The notes below the pieces were generated by a model that did no database searches, was not told the origin of the DNA, and was given only the letters and a program-made list of their open reading frames with translations. The translations under genes were made by a program, and so were the position numbers. A DNA stretch of 64,000 nucleotides. Source: Syntrophorhabdaceae bacterium (GTDB taxonomy: Bacteria; Desulfobacterota; Syntrophorhabdia; Syntrophorhabdales; Syntrophorhabdaceae). Below are positions 27,436 through 34,922 of this stretch, in pieces; position 1 is the first letter of the stretch, and every line of letters starts with the position of its first letter. The stretch spans positions 4,087 to 68,086 of the forward strand of contig JAOAGQ010000022.1 in the NCBI GenBank assembly GCA_026415675.1, given 5' to 3'.

Positions 27436-29121
27436 ATGAATGGAAAAGGGGGTATATCCGGGGGATTAGATACAAATCAGAGGGAAGCCGTTGAAGCTAT
27501 AGACGGCCCTCTTCTCGTCGTCTCAGGCCCAGGGGCAGGAAAGACAACAACCGTTGTAAATAGAATAGCCCATCTTATTGATCAAGGCATAAAGCCCGAG
27601 AACATATGTGCCCTCACCTTCACAAATAGGGCAGGGAGGGAGATCCGTGAGAGGGCATACAGTATAATCGGGGATAGGGTTAATAGGGTATTTATCGGAA
27701 CCATCCATCTTTTGGGCCTCAGGATACTTAAGGATTCAGGTTATAGAGATTTTCTACTGATAGATAGAGAGAAGCAACTCTCCATCATAGGTTCCCTCGT
27801 AAAAAAAGATGGAAACAGAGAGGCAGAAAAGATACTGGAGGCGATATCAAGGATAAAAAACCATACCGATGTTTTAAACGAGGGGATAAGGGGTATATAC
27901 GACACCTACGAATCGTACCTCTTTAGGGAGAAATTTCTTGACTTCGATGACCTTATAAAAAAACCTTTAGAGATTGTCGAGTCGGACCGTTCTTCCAACC
28001 CCTATAGAGGGAAGTTTAGCCATATCATAGTCGATGAATACCAGGACATAAATTACGGGCAGTATAGACTCATACGTCTTCTTTTAAATAATGGGGGTAG
28101 TATATGTGCCGTTGGCGATTCCGACCAGGCCATATACACCTTCAGGGGGGCGGATATCGAGAATTTTCTAAACTTCGAGAAGGATTTCAAAGGCGCAAGA
28201 AAGGTGACACTCTCCTTTAACTATAGGTCTACAGGGAGGATAGTCTATGCCTCAAGCAAGGTAATAGAAAATAATAGAAGGAGGATAGAAAAAAGACTCG
28301 AGGGAAAAAGGGAAGAGGGGGAAAGGATCAAGGTGGTCTCTGTACCTGATGAAAGATACGAAGGTCTGTTTATCGTGGGAGAGATAGAACATCTAATCGG
28401 TGGCACAAGCCACTACAACCTCTACAGGAAAGGGGCGACGATTTCCGAAAACGAAAAAAATTATACTTTTTCAGATTTTGCCGTACTCTATAGGACAAAT
28501 GCACAGGTTTCAGCCATTGAGGGGGCATTTACGACATCGGGCATACCCTATCGGGTGATAGGAAGAGAAAATTCACAGAAAAAGAAGATCATAAAAGAGA
28601 TCTTGTCCTCTCCGGGTGGCAAATATAGCTTTGATGAAGGTTGCCTTAATACCATTTTGGATAGGATGATCCCTGTCTTTACGTATAGACCCCATTATAC
28701 CTTTCAATCAAGGGAGGAGATAATCGATTTCATAAATGAATTTTGTCTTTTATCCCCTGCGGATGATTATGACAGAGAGGTGGATGCGGTATCCCTTATG
28801 ACGATACACATGGCAAAGGGGCTTGAGTTCAAGGTTGTATTCCTCGTTGGTGTTGAGGATGGTATTATCCCTTTCAGCCTAAAGGGAGAATCTGTGGATA
28901 TGGAGGAGGAGAGAAGACTTTTCTATGTTGGTATGACGAGGGCAGCGGATAGACTCTACCTCATCCATTCTGATAGAAGGGTAATATACGGGAAATTAAG
29001 GGACATGTCCCGATCGAGGTTCATATCAGAAATCCCCGATGAATTCGTAGAAAGGGTTTTTCCCTTTGAAAAAGGCCGAAAAAGGCAAAAAAATCGTCAG
29101 ATGTCCCTATTCGGGGATTGA
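27436..29121 (+). CDS. compact UvrD/PcrA/Rep-family SF1 DNA helicase
   Basis: 561 aa. Motifs are I GPGAGKTT, Ia TFTNRAG, II VDEYQD, III GDSDQAIYTFRGA, IV NYRS and VI YVGMTRA. It is shorter than typical 700+ aa UvrD, apparently through a reduced 2B region. Confidence 0.85.
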   Translation: MNGKGGISGGLDTNQREAVEAIDGPLLVVSGPGAGKTTTVVNRIAHLIDQGIKPENICALTFTNRAGREIRERAYSIIGDRVNRVFIGTIHLLGLRILKDSGYRDFLLIDREKQLSIIGSLVKKDGNREAEKILEAISRIKNHTDVLNEGIRGIYDTYESYLFREKFLDFDDLIKKPLEIVESDRSSNPYRGKFSHIIVDEYQDINYGQYRLIRLLLNNGGSICAVGDSDQAIYTFRGADIENFLNFEKDFKGARKVTLSFNYRSTGRIVYASSKVIENNRRRIEKRLEGKREEGERIKVVSVPDERYEGLFIVGEIEHLIGGTSHYNLYRKGATISENEKNYTFSDFAVLYRTNAQVSAIEGAFTTSGIPYRVIGRENSQKKKIIKEILSSPGGKYSFDEGCLNTILDRMIPVFTYRPHYTFQSREEIIDFINEFCLLSPADDYDREVDAVSLMTIHMAKGLEFKVVFLVGVEDGIIPFSLKGESVDMEEERRLFYVGMTRAADRLYLIHSDRRVIYGKLRDMSRSRFISEIPDEFVERVFPFEKGRKRQKNRQMSLFGD

Positions 29122-29126
29122 AGGGT

Positions 29127-29807
29127 TCAATCCCCGTATTCTTCAAGGTAATTCTCTATGTACTCATTCACCTTGTCGGAGGGTTGAAAGATACCGAAGT
29201 GACCCTCGCACAGGATGTCTGCCTTTAACTGGAGGAGTTTTTCCATGGAAGCCCTCCACTTTTTTATATCGGAGCCGAACTGGGGGAGAAAAGGTCCGTG
29301 GATATCCTGACCGAAGAGTACCCTTTTTTCGTCCCTGTCGAGGTATACGGATAATGAACCGGGGGTATGGCCGGGGGTATGGAGGCATCTGATCTCCTGT
29401 TCCCCTATGAAAAGGGACTCCTCTTCCTTTTCGAGTTTTAGATCAACAGATGTTGGAATAAGGGGAACCCCGTACAGATAAGCCCCTGTCATCGTTCTGT
29501 CTCCATGTTCGACAGGTTTTGCATCGAGGGAGTGCATTATAATCTTTGAACCAAATCTTTTTTTTAGTTCATAGGCCCCGCCTATATGGTCTATGTGGCA
29601 GTGGGTGAGTATAATGGTCGTGATATTCTCAGGCTTTAAACCGAGTCTCCTGATATTAAAGATCAGCCTTTCTACGCTTGTCCCTGCCCCTGTATCTATC
29701 AACACCATATCGCCGAGATTTATAAGGTATACCGAACAATCCATGGGATCTGTCAGTTCGCAATCTCCTATGAGGAACACATCTCTTATTATCTCTCTTG
29801 GGCCCAT
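29127..29807 (-). CDS. MBL-fold metallo-hydrolase
   Basis: HxHxDH motif THCHIDHIGG and a later HTPGHTPG. The start is placed at ATG 29805-29807 (MGPREII), which is preceded by AGGAGG. The track ORF extends to 29900. Confidence 0.8.
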   Translation of the reverse strand: MGPREIIRDVFLIGDCELTDPMDCSVYLINLGDMVLIDTGAGTSVERLIFNIRRLGLKPENITTIILTHCHIDHIGGAYELKKRFGSKIIMHSLDAKPVEHGDRTMTGAYLYGVPLIPTSVDLKLEKEEESLFIGEQEIRCLHTPGHTPGSLSVYLDRDEKRVLFGQDIHGPFLPQFGSDIKKWRASMEKLLQLKADILCEGHFGIFQPSDKVNEYIENYLEEYGD

Positions 29808-30037
29808 TCCAACCTCCTGTTTTACCCGTTCAGGGAGAATATGTTGGAAATTCTCCCTATCGAATTTTGCAGTATCCCCATGCGAAAAGAATAATACCAC
29901 AAAGAGAAAAAGTTTGCCTGCTTTTTCACAGGTCGTTTAGAATTCATCCCATAACCCGTTGACCAATTGGGGAGATTGTTGTAAAAATATTAGGTCTAAT
30001 AAAATGCCTCTTTTTAAATGATGAATTGGAGTGAAAC

Positions 30038-30412
30038 ATGGCAACAAAGATCAGAATTACGATTGATGGCACTTCGATTTATGCTGAGTTGTTTGATACA
30101 CCCTGTGCCAAATCAATTTTAGAAGCCCTTCCACTGGAGGCGAGACCAAACGAGTGGGGGGATGAGTTTTATTTTGAAATACCTGTTGAATACCCCCTTG
30201 ATGAAACGGCAACAACAAAGGTAAAGGCAGGGGACATAGGGTACTGGCCTCCAGGAGATGCCCTTGCCATATTCTTTGGCCCCACCCCTCTAAGCAGAGG
30301 TCAAGACCCTGTCCCTGCGAGCGAGGTTAACCTCGTTGGAAGGATACTGGATGATCCAAAAATTTTGAAAAGGGCAAAGGGGGCAAGAAAAATAAGGCTC
30401 GAAACAACATAA
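30038..30412 (+). CDS. cyclophilin-like fold family protein (TM1367-like)
   Basis: 124 aa. IRITIDG..IYAELFDTPCAKSILEALP...GDIGYWPPGDALAIFFG matches the pattern I recall for this small family. Confidence 0.55.
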   Translation: MATKIRITIDGTSIYAELFDTPCAKSILEALPLEARPNEWGDEFYFEIPVEYPLDETATTKVKAGDIGYWPPGDALAIFFGPTPLSRGQDPVPASEVNLVGRILDDPKILKRAKGARKIRLETT

Positions 30413-30527
30413 GACCGATTGACATTAAGGGTAAGCCTAAAAACATACCTCCATCCATATTTTTTATCCAAAAATTTAAGCAAATAGGAAAAAATGCGAT
30501 GATATATAAAAAATACGGAGGTGTTTT

Positions 30528-30935
30528 ATGCCCTTTATAGAATGGACGGAGCAGAATAAGACAAATGTTAAAAAATGTGATGACCAGCATAAAAAGCTAT
30601 TCGACATTGTGAACAACCTGTATGATGGAATGAAGTCAGGGCAGGGGAGGACTGTGATGGGGAACGTGCTAAATGAACTCATCGATTACACGGTATATCA
30701 TTTTAAGACGGAAGAAGACCTTATGAAAAAATATAGTTACCCCGGACTTCTCCTCCACATTAAGGAGCATGAAAATCTGATGAAAAAGGCAGGGGAGTTA
30801 AAGCAGAGGTTTGACAGGGGTGAATCCGTTATAAGCGTTGAGGTTATGGAATTCCTGAAGGAATGGCTTACAAAACATACATCCGGTTCTGACAAAAAAT
30901 ACGGACAGTTTTTAAACGGAAAAGGTGTCTTTTAG
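30528..30935 (+). CDS. bacteriohemerythrin
   Basis: 135 aa. The opening is IEW....V...D.QHK.LF and the His/Asp iron ligand spacing (HFKTEE, HIKEH, WLTKHT..SD) matches. Confidence 0.8.
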   Translation: MPFIEWTEQNKTNVKKCDDQHKKLFDIVNNLYDGMKSGQGRTVMGNVLNELIDYTVYHFKTEEDLMKKYSYPGLLLHIKEHENLMKKAGELKQRFDRGESVISVEVMEFLKEWLTKHTSGSDKKYGQFLNGKGVF

Positions 30936-30944
30936 AAAAGGATA

Positions 30945-30974
30945 TTGACTTTCTCAGAAAAAAGTGTGTATATC
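30945..30974 (+). promoter_or_regulatory. candidate promoter of the selenium-operon leader
   Basis: TTGACT (30945-30950), 18 nt, TATATC (30969-30974), immediately after the hemerythrin stop. Confidence 0.4.
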
Positions 30975-30998
30975 CATACAAGAAAGGAGGTGAAAAAG

Positions 30999-31034
30999 AT
31001 GGGAAAACCCTTTGTTCCTCTATCCTTAACGTGA
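30999..31034 (+). CDS. 11-codon leader ORF (MGKPFVPLSLT) terminating at UGA; 43 codons if UGA is decoded
   Basis: AAAGGAGGTGA Shine-Dalgarno (GGAGG 30986-30990) lies 8 nt before ATG 30999. The in-frame TGA is at 31032-31034. The frame then stays open to the TGA at 31128-31130. It is too short for the ORF track. Confidence 0.35.
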   Translation: MGKPFVPLSLT

Positions 31035-31039
31035 GTGAT

Positions 31040-31064
31040 AATTAGGCCTAGTTTAGGCCTGATT
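31040..31064 (+). promoter_or_regulatory. SECIS-like stem-loop just downstream of the leader UGA
   Basis: Perfect AGGCCTA (31044-31050), GTT loop, TAGGCCT (31054-31060). AATT/GATT extends the stem to 11 bp. The 17-nt core starts 9 nt after the UGA and has G/U in the loop. Confidence 0.5.
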
Positions 31065-31068
31065 TATG

Positions 31069-31105
31069 AAATGGAGGAAGGGGAAGGGGTGTTTCCATTT
31101 TTTTT
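31069..31105 (+). terminator. weak terminator/attenuator-like hairpin with U8 tract
   Basis: AAATGGA (31069-31075) pairs with TCCATTT (31094-31100) around an 18-nt purine-rich loop. T8 lies at 31098-31105. The stem is AT-rich and short, so function is uncertain. Confidence 0.25.
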
Positions 31106-31137
31106 GCCTCTGAGTTCTATACCTTCCTGATGTATAG

Positions 31138-31152
31138 CCCCATCCTTCCTTC
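31138..31152 (+). promoter_or_regulatory. pyrimidine tract complementary both to the leader purine tract and to the yedE Shine-Dalgarno (candidate anti-SD)
   Basis: TCCTTCCTTC (31143-31152, within CCCCATCCTTCCTTC) can form 8 bp with GAAGGAGG (31185-31192). It can alternatively form about 10 bp with GGAGGAAGGG (31073-31082). Confidence 0.35.
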
Positions 31153-31197
31153 ATAGAAAAAACATAGAAATATAGCTAAACCATGAAGGAGGAGAAT

Positions 31198-32295
31198 ATG
31201 CCAATTAAACTGTTCAGTTTTTTTGCAACAAGAGGGGGTATCATAATAGTGGGGGCGATAATAGGTATTATTGCCACAATCCTACAAAAACTGGGAAATC
31301 CCCCAAATATGGGGGTCTGCGTTGCCTGCTTTGAGAGGGATATTGCAGGGGCCTTAGGATTTCACAGGGCCTCAATCGCCCAGTATATGCGTCCTGAGAT
31401 CATAGGTTTTGTCCTGGGCTCTTTCATAGCCGCAAACCTTTTCAGGGAATTCAGAGCCCGGACCGGTTCTGCCCCTATCGTTAGATTTATACTCGGGGTA
31501 TTTGCGATGATCGGGGGCCTTGTTTTCTTGGGCTGTCCTTGGAGGGCGGCCTTACGTCTTGCCGGGGGCGATGGCAATGCCATATTAGGAATCGCAGGTC
31601 TTGCCGTAGGGATTTGGATAGGCACCCTGTTTCTTAAAAGTGGGTACAACCTCGGCAGGTCTCAGTCAACCCACACCACCGTAGGGTGGCTTATGCCGTT
31701 GACCATGCTGGGTTTTCTGATACTGATTCTTGTATTTCCCCAGATCCCGGGTCAGGATAAAAGCGGTATCCTCTTCTACAGCATAAAAGGGCCCGGGGCA
31801 TTACATGCCCCTTTGGTTATATCCCTTTTTGCCGGTCTTTTCATCGGTTTTCTCGCTCAGAGAAGTAGATTCTGTACAATGGGGGCCATCCGGGATTTTA
31901 TTCTCTTCAGGCAAACCCATCTCCTTTCAGGTCTTTTCTCTCTAATCGTTTTTGCCTTTTTTACGAACATAATACTCGGACAGTTCAACCCTGGTTTTGA
32001 GAAACAACCCATAGCCCACACGATGGCGCTATGGAATTTTATGGGGATGGTTCTCGCAGGGCTTTCATTTTCACTGGCAGGAGGCTGCCCGGGAAGACAG
32101 CTATTTCTCGCAGGAGAAGGGGACGGGGATGCGGCGGTTTTCGTCATGGGTATGATAGTGGGGGCAGGGATCTCCCATAATTTCGGTCTGGCAAGCTCTC
32201 CTGATGGTATAGGGCCTTATGGTGTCTATGGGGTTATCATAGGGCTTTTATTCTGTCTATTTATAGGCTTTACCATGAGAAAACAGATTGCATGA
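31198..32295 (+). CDS. yedE: YedE/YeeE-family putative selenium/sulfur-compound transporter
   Basis: Polytopic membrane protein with conserved Cys-containing re-entrant motifs (GVCVACF, RFCTMGA, GGCPGRQ). ATG 31198 (MPIKLF) is preferred because AAGGAGGA sits 5 nt upstream. The track start is 31183. Confidence 0.8.
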   Translation: MPIKLFSFFATRGGIIIVGAIIGIIATILQKLGNPPNMGVCVACFERDIAGALGFHRASIAQYMRPEIIGFVLGSFIAANLFREFRARTGSAPIVRFILGVFAMIGGLVFLGCPWRAALRLAGGDGNAILGIAGLAVGIWIGTLFLKSGYNLGRSQSTHTTVGWLMPLTMLGFLILILVFPQIPGQDKSGILFYSIKGPGALHAPLVISLFAGLFIGFLAQRSRFCTMGAIRDFILFRQTHLLSGLFSLIVFAFFTNIILGQFNPGFEKQPIAHTMALWNFMGMVLAGLSFSLAGGCPGRQLFLAGEGDGDAAVFVMGMIVGAGISHNFGLASSPDGIGPYGVYGVIIGLLFCLFIGFTMRKQIA

Positions 32296-32311
32296 GAAAG
32301 GAGGGATGACC

Positions 32312-32530
32312 ATGGATAAAGTGATAGATGCGAGGGGGCTTTCGTGTCCTCAACCTGTCATATTAACGATGAATGAGATAAAAAAGGTTAAGAAGGGGGA
32401 GATCGTGATACTTGTAGATACCGAAACCTCAAAAGAGAATGTGGTTCGGGCCGCAATTACAAACGGGTGGACCGTAAAAGGTATTGAGAACGAAGAAGAA
32501 GGTTACAGGATTTCCATCGTAAAGGGATGA
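32312..32530 (+). CDS. yedF: TusA/YedF-like sulfurtransferase-fold protein
   Basis: MDKVIDARGLSCPQPV carries the CPxP active-site motif of the TusA/SirA family. AAAGGAGGG lies 7 nt upstream of ATG 32312. The track ORF starts at 32288 and overlaps the yedE stop. Confidence 0.8.
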   Translation: MDKVIDARGLSCPQPVILTMNEIKKVKKGEIVILVDTETSKENVVRAAITNGWTVKGIENEEEGYRISIVKG

Positions 32531-32579
32531 CCCTCAGCCGTTCTATTTGATTAGAACCGTTTATTATGTTACAAATTAA

Positions 32580-34001
32580 ATGAGGTGGTCATTGATAGTG
32601 GAACTTCTAAGAGGGATACCGAAGACAGATGAGATTTTAAAACATACGGAATGGAAAAGGATATCGGGTCTCTATCCCGAGACGGTTATGAAAGATGCGC
32701 TAAGAGAAGTGTTGAATGGGTTGAGGGAAGGTATAAAGCAGGGGTATGTGCAGGGGATCCCCCCCTTAGAAGAAATCATAGACCGCACGGAAGAGAAAGC
32801 AAAGAGGTTTATAAAACCGGGTCTTACAAGGGTGATAAATGGAACAGGGGTTATCATCCATACAAATATGGGGAGGTCCCTCTTACCTAAATATGCCATT
32901 GAAGCGGTAATCCAGAGGGCCTCCCACTTTTGTAACCTCGAATATGACCTCGATAAGGGTTCAAGGGGGGATAGGTATGTACACTCCGTGTCCGTCCTCC
33001 AAAGACTTACAGGCTGTGAGTCTGCCCTTATAGTGAACAACAATGCCGCTGCAGTATACCTTATCTTAAACACCCTCGCAGAGGGGAGAGAGGTCGTGAT
33101 CTCGAGGGGGGAACTCGTAGAGATTGGCGGCTCTTTCCGCATCCCCGATGTGATGAAAAAAAGTGGGGCAATCCTTAAAGAGGTGGGGACAACAAACAGG
33201 ACTTACAGGGAAGATTACGAAGCCGCGATAACGGAATCAACAGGACTACTCATGAAGGTGCACACGAGTAACTACAGGATAAAAGGGTTTGTCTATGAGA
33301 CCTCAAGCGAGGATATCATAGCCCTGGCTAAAAAGTATAACCTCCCTTCATATTTTGATGCGGGAAGTGGTTTACTCTTTCCATTGCAAGGTCTGGATTC
33401 GATAAATGAGCCTTCTATTATAGAGGAGACGAAGAAAGGTTGGAGCCTGATCTCCTTCAGCGGGGATAAACTCTTAGGAGGACCTCAAGCAGGTATCATA
33501 ATTGGCGAAAAACCATATATTGATGCGATGAAGAAAAACCCCATGACAAGGGCGATGAGACCGGATAAGTTCACCCTTGCCGCTCTCGAGGCGATACTCC
33601 TTACCTATCTTGAAGGGGACAGGGCGAAAGAAAAGATTTTAACCTTAAAGATGATATACGAAGGGAAAGAAAGGATCAAAGCGCGATCGAAAAGGGTGAT
33701 AAAGTATCTTGAAGACCTGGGGGGTCACGGGAAAGCCTTCTCCATCACCTTGGTTGAGCTTGAATCCCAGGTGGGGGGCGGGAGTCTCCCGGATGTCTAT
33801 CTCCCATCGTACGGTATAGCGATAAAGCCAAAGACTATAACAATAGAGAGACTCGAGGGGATTCTCAGAGCCCTTGAGGTTCCCATAATAGGCAGGATAG
33901 AGAAGGATACCCTTCTTATAGACTTAAGGACTATACTACCTGAAGACGAACCCTATCTAATAAAAGGTTTAAAAGAGGCGATTGCAAAGGCCCTTGAGTG
34001 A
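32580..34001 (+). CDS. selA: L-seryl-tRNA(Sec) selenium transferase
   Basis: 473 aa. It has the N-terminal LLRGIPKTDEIL motif, the NNNAAAV block and the PLP-lysine motif FSGDKLLGGPQAG. Confidence 0.9.
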   Translation: MRWSLIVELLRGIPKTDEILKHTEWKRISGLYPETVMKDALREVLNGLREGIKQGYVQGIPPLEEIIDRTEEKAKRFIKPGLTRVINGTGVIIHTNMGRSLLPKYAIEAVIQRASHFCNLEYDLDKGSRGDRYVHSVSVLQRLTGCESALIVNNNAAAVYLILNTLAEGREVVISRGELVEIGGSFRIPDVMKKSGAILKEVGTTNRTYREDYEAAITESTGLLMKVHTSNYRIKGFVYETSSEDIIALAKKYNLPSYFDAGSGLLFPLQGLDSINEPSIIEETKKGWSLISFSGDKLLGGPQAGIIIGEKPYIDAMKKNPMTRAMRPDKFTLAALEAILLTYLEGDRAKEKILTLKMIYEGKERIKARSKRVIKYLEDLGGHGKAFSITLVELESQVGGGSLPDVYLPSYGIAIKPKTITIERLEGILRALEVPIIGRIEKDTLLIDLRTILPEDEPYLIKGLKEAIAKALE

Positions 34002-34920
34002 GAGAGGTGAACCCTTTAGCCTAATCTGTGATGCAGAAGGAATAAGACTCGATATATTCCTCTCGGAGAGGCTTTCCCTTACAAGAACAAAAGCAAAGGG
34101 GATGATCGAAGGCGGTTTTGTCCATATTCAGGGAAAGATACCCAAGCCTTCTATGAAGACCAAAAAGGGTATGGAAATAGAGGGGGAGATACCGGAGGAG
34201 GAGCCCCTTTCTCTTATACCTCAGGCCATACCCCTTGATATCATCTATGAAGATGAGTACCTGATTGCGATAAATAAACCGAAAAATATGGTCGTCCACC
34301 CGTCTCTTGGGCATAAAGAGTCTACCCTTTTGAATGCGGTACTCGGGTACCTCGGCATCCCCGACCAAACCCCTCTCGAGGGATCAGTATCCCCCAGGCC
34401 TTATTTGATACACAGGCTCGACAAGGATACAACAGGGGTGATACTCGTTTCAAAGAATATGGCCGTAAGGGAACTTTTCTCGACTCTTTTCAAAAACAGA
34501 GAGGTTAAGAAGACCTACAGGGCAATTGTTGAGGGTCTTTTTAAAGAAAAAGAAGGGACGATAGAGGGGAATATAGGGAGACATCCTGGGGATAGAAAAA
34601 GAATGGCCGTTCTGAAAGAGGGGGGAAGGGAAGCACTCACATCGTACAGGGTGTTAGAGGAGACGACTAAATTCAGTTATCTTGAGATATACCCTAAGAC
34701 AGGGAGAACCCACCAGATAAGGGTACATATGGCCCATATAGGCCATCCTGTTGTTGGAGATGAGATGTACGGGAAGACAGGAAAACATGAGGCGGAAAGA
34801 ACCATGCTACACGCCTTTAGAATAGAATTCATCCATCCTGTAAAAAATATCCCTGTCAGCATTGAGGCCCCTATACCTGAGGATATGGTATCGTTTATCA
34901 TGGAATCGAAAAAAGGGTAG
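33982..34920 (+). CDS. rluD: RluA/RluD-family 23S rRNA pseudouridine synthase
   Basis: N-terminal S4-like domain (RLDIFLSERL..TRTKAKGMIEGG), catalytic HRLDKDTTGV and the THQIRVH motif. It overlaps the selA end by 20 nt. Confidence 0.85.
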   Translation: MQRPLSERGEPFSLICDAEGIRLDIFLSERLSLTRTKAKGMIEGGFVHIQGKIPKPSMKTKKGMEIEGEIPEEEPLSLIPQAIPLDIIYEDEYLIAINKPKNMVVHPSLGHKESTLLNAVLGYLGIPDQTPLEGSVSPRPYLIHRLDKDTTGVILVSKNMAVRELFSTLFKNREVKKTYRAIVEGLFKEKEGTIEGNIGRHPGDRKRMAVLKEGGREALTSYRVLEETTKFSYLEIYPKTGRTHQIRVHMAHIGHPVVGDEMYGKTGKHEAERTMLHAFRIEFIHPVKNIPVSIEAPIPEDMVSFIMESKKG

Positions 34921-34922
34921 GC

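Noticed and set aside
29066-29392. 108-aa + ORF overlapping the helicase end and the MBL gene
   Set aside because: It is Arg/Gly/Pro-rich antisense or out-of-frame read-through of two supported genes, with no independent signals.
29808-29900. 31-codon N-terminal extension of the MBL-fold hydrolase ORF
   Set aside because: The internal ATG at 29805-29807 is preceded by AGGAGG at ideal spacing, and the MBL fold begins shortly after. The extension has no family features.
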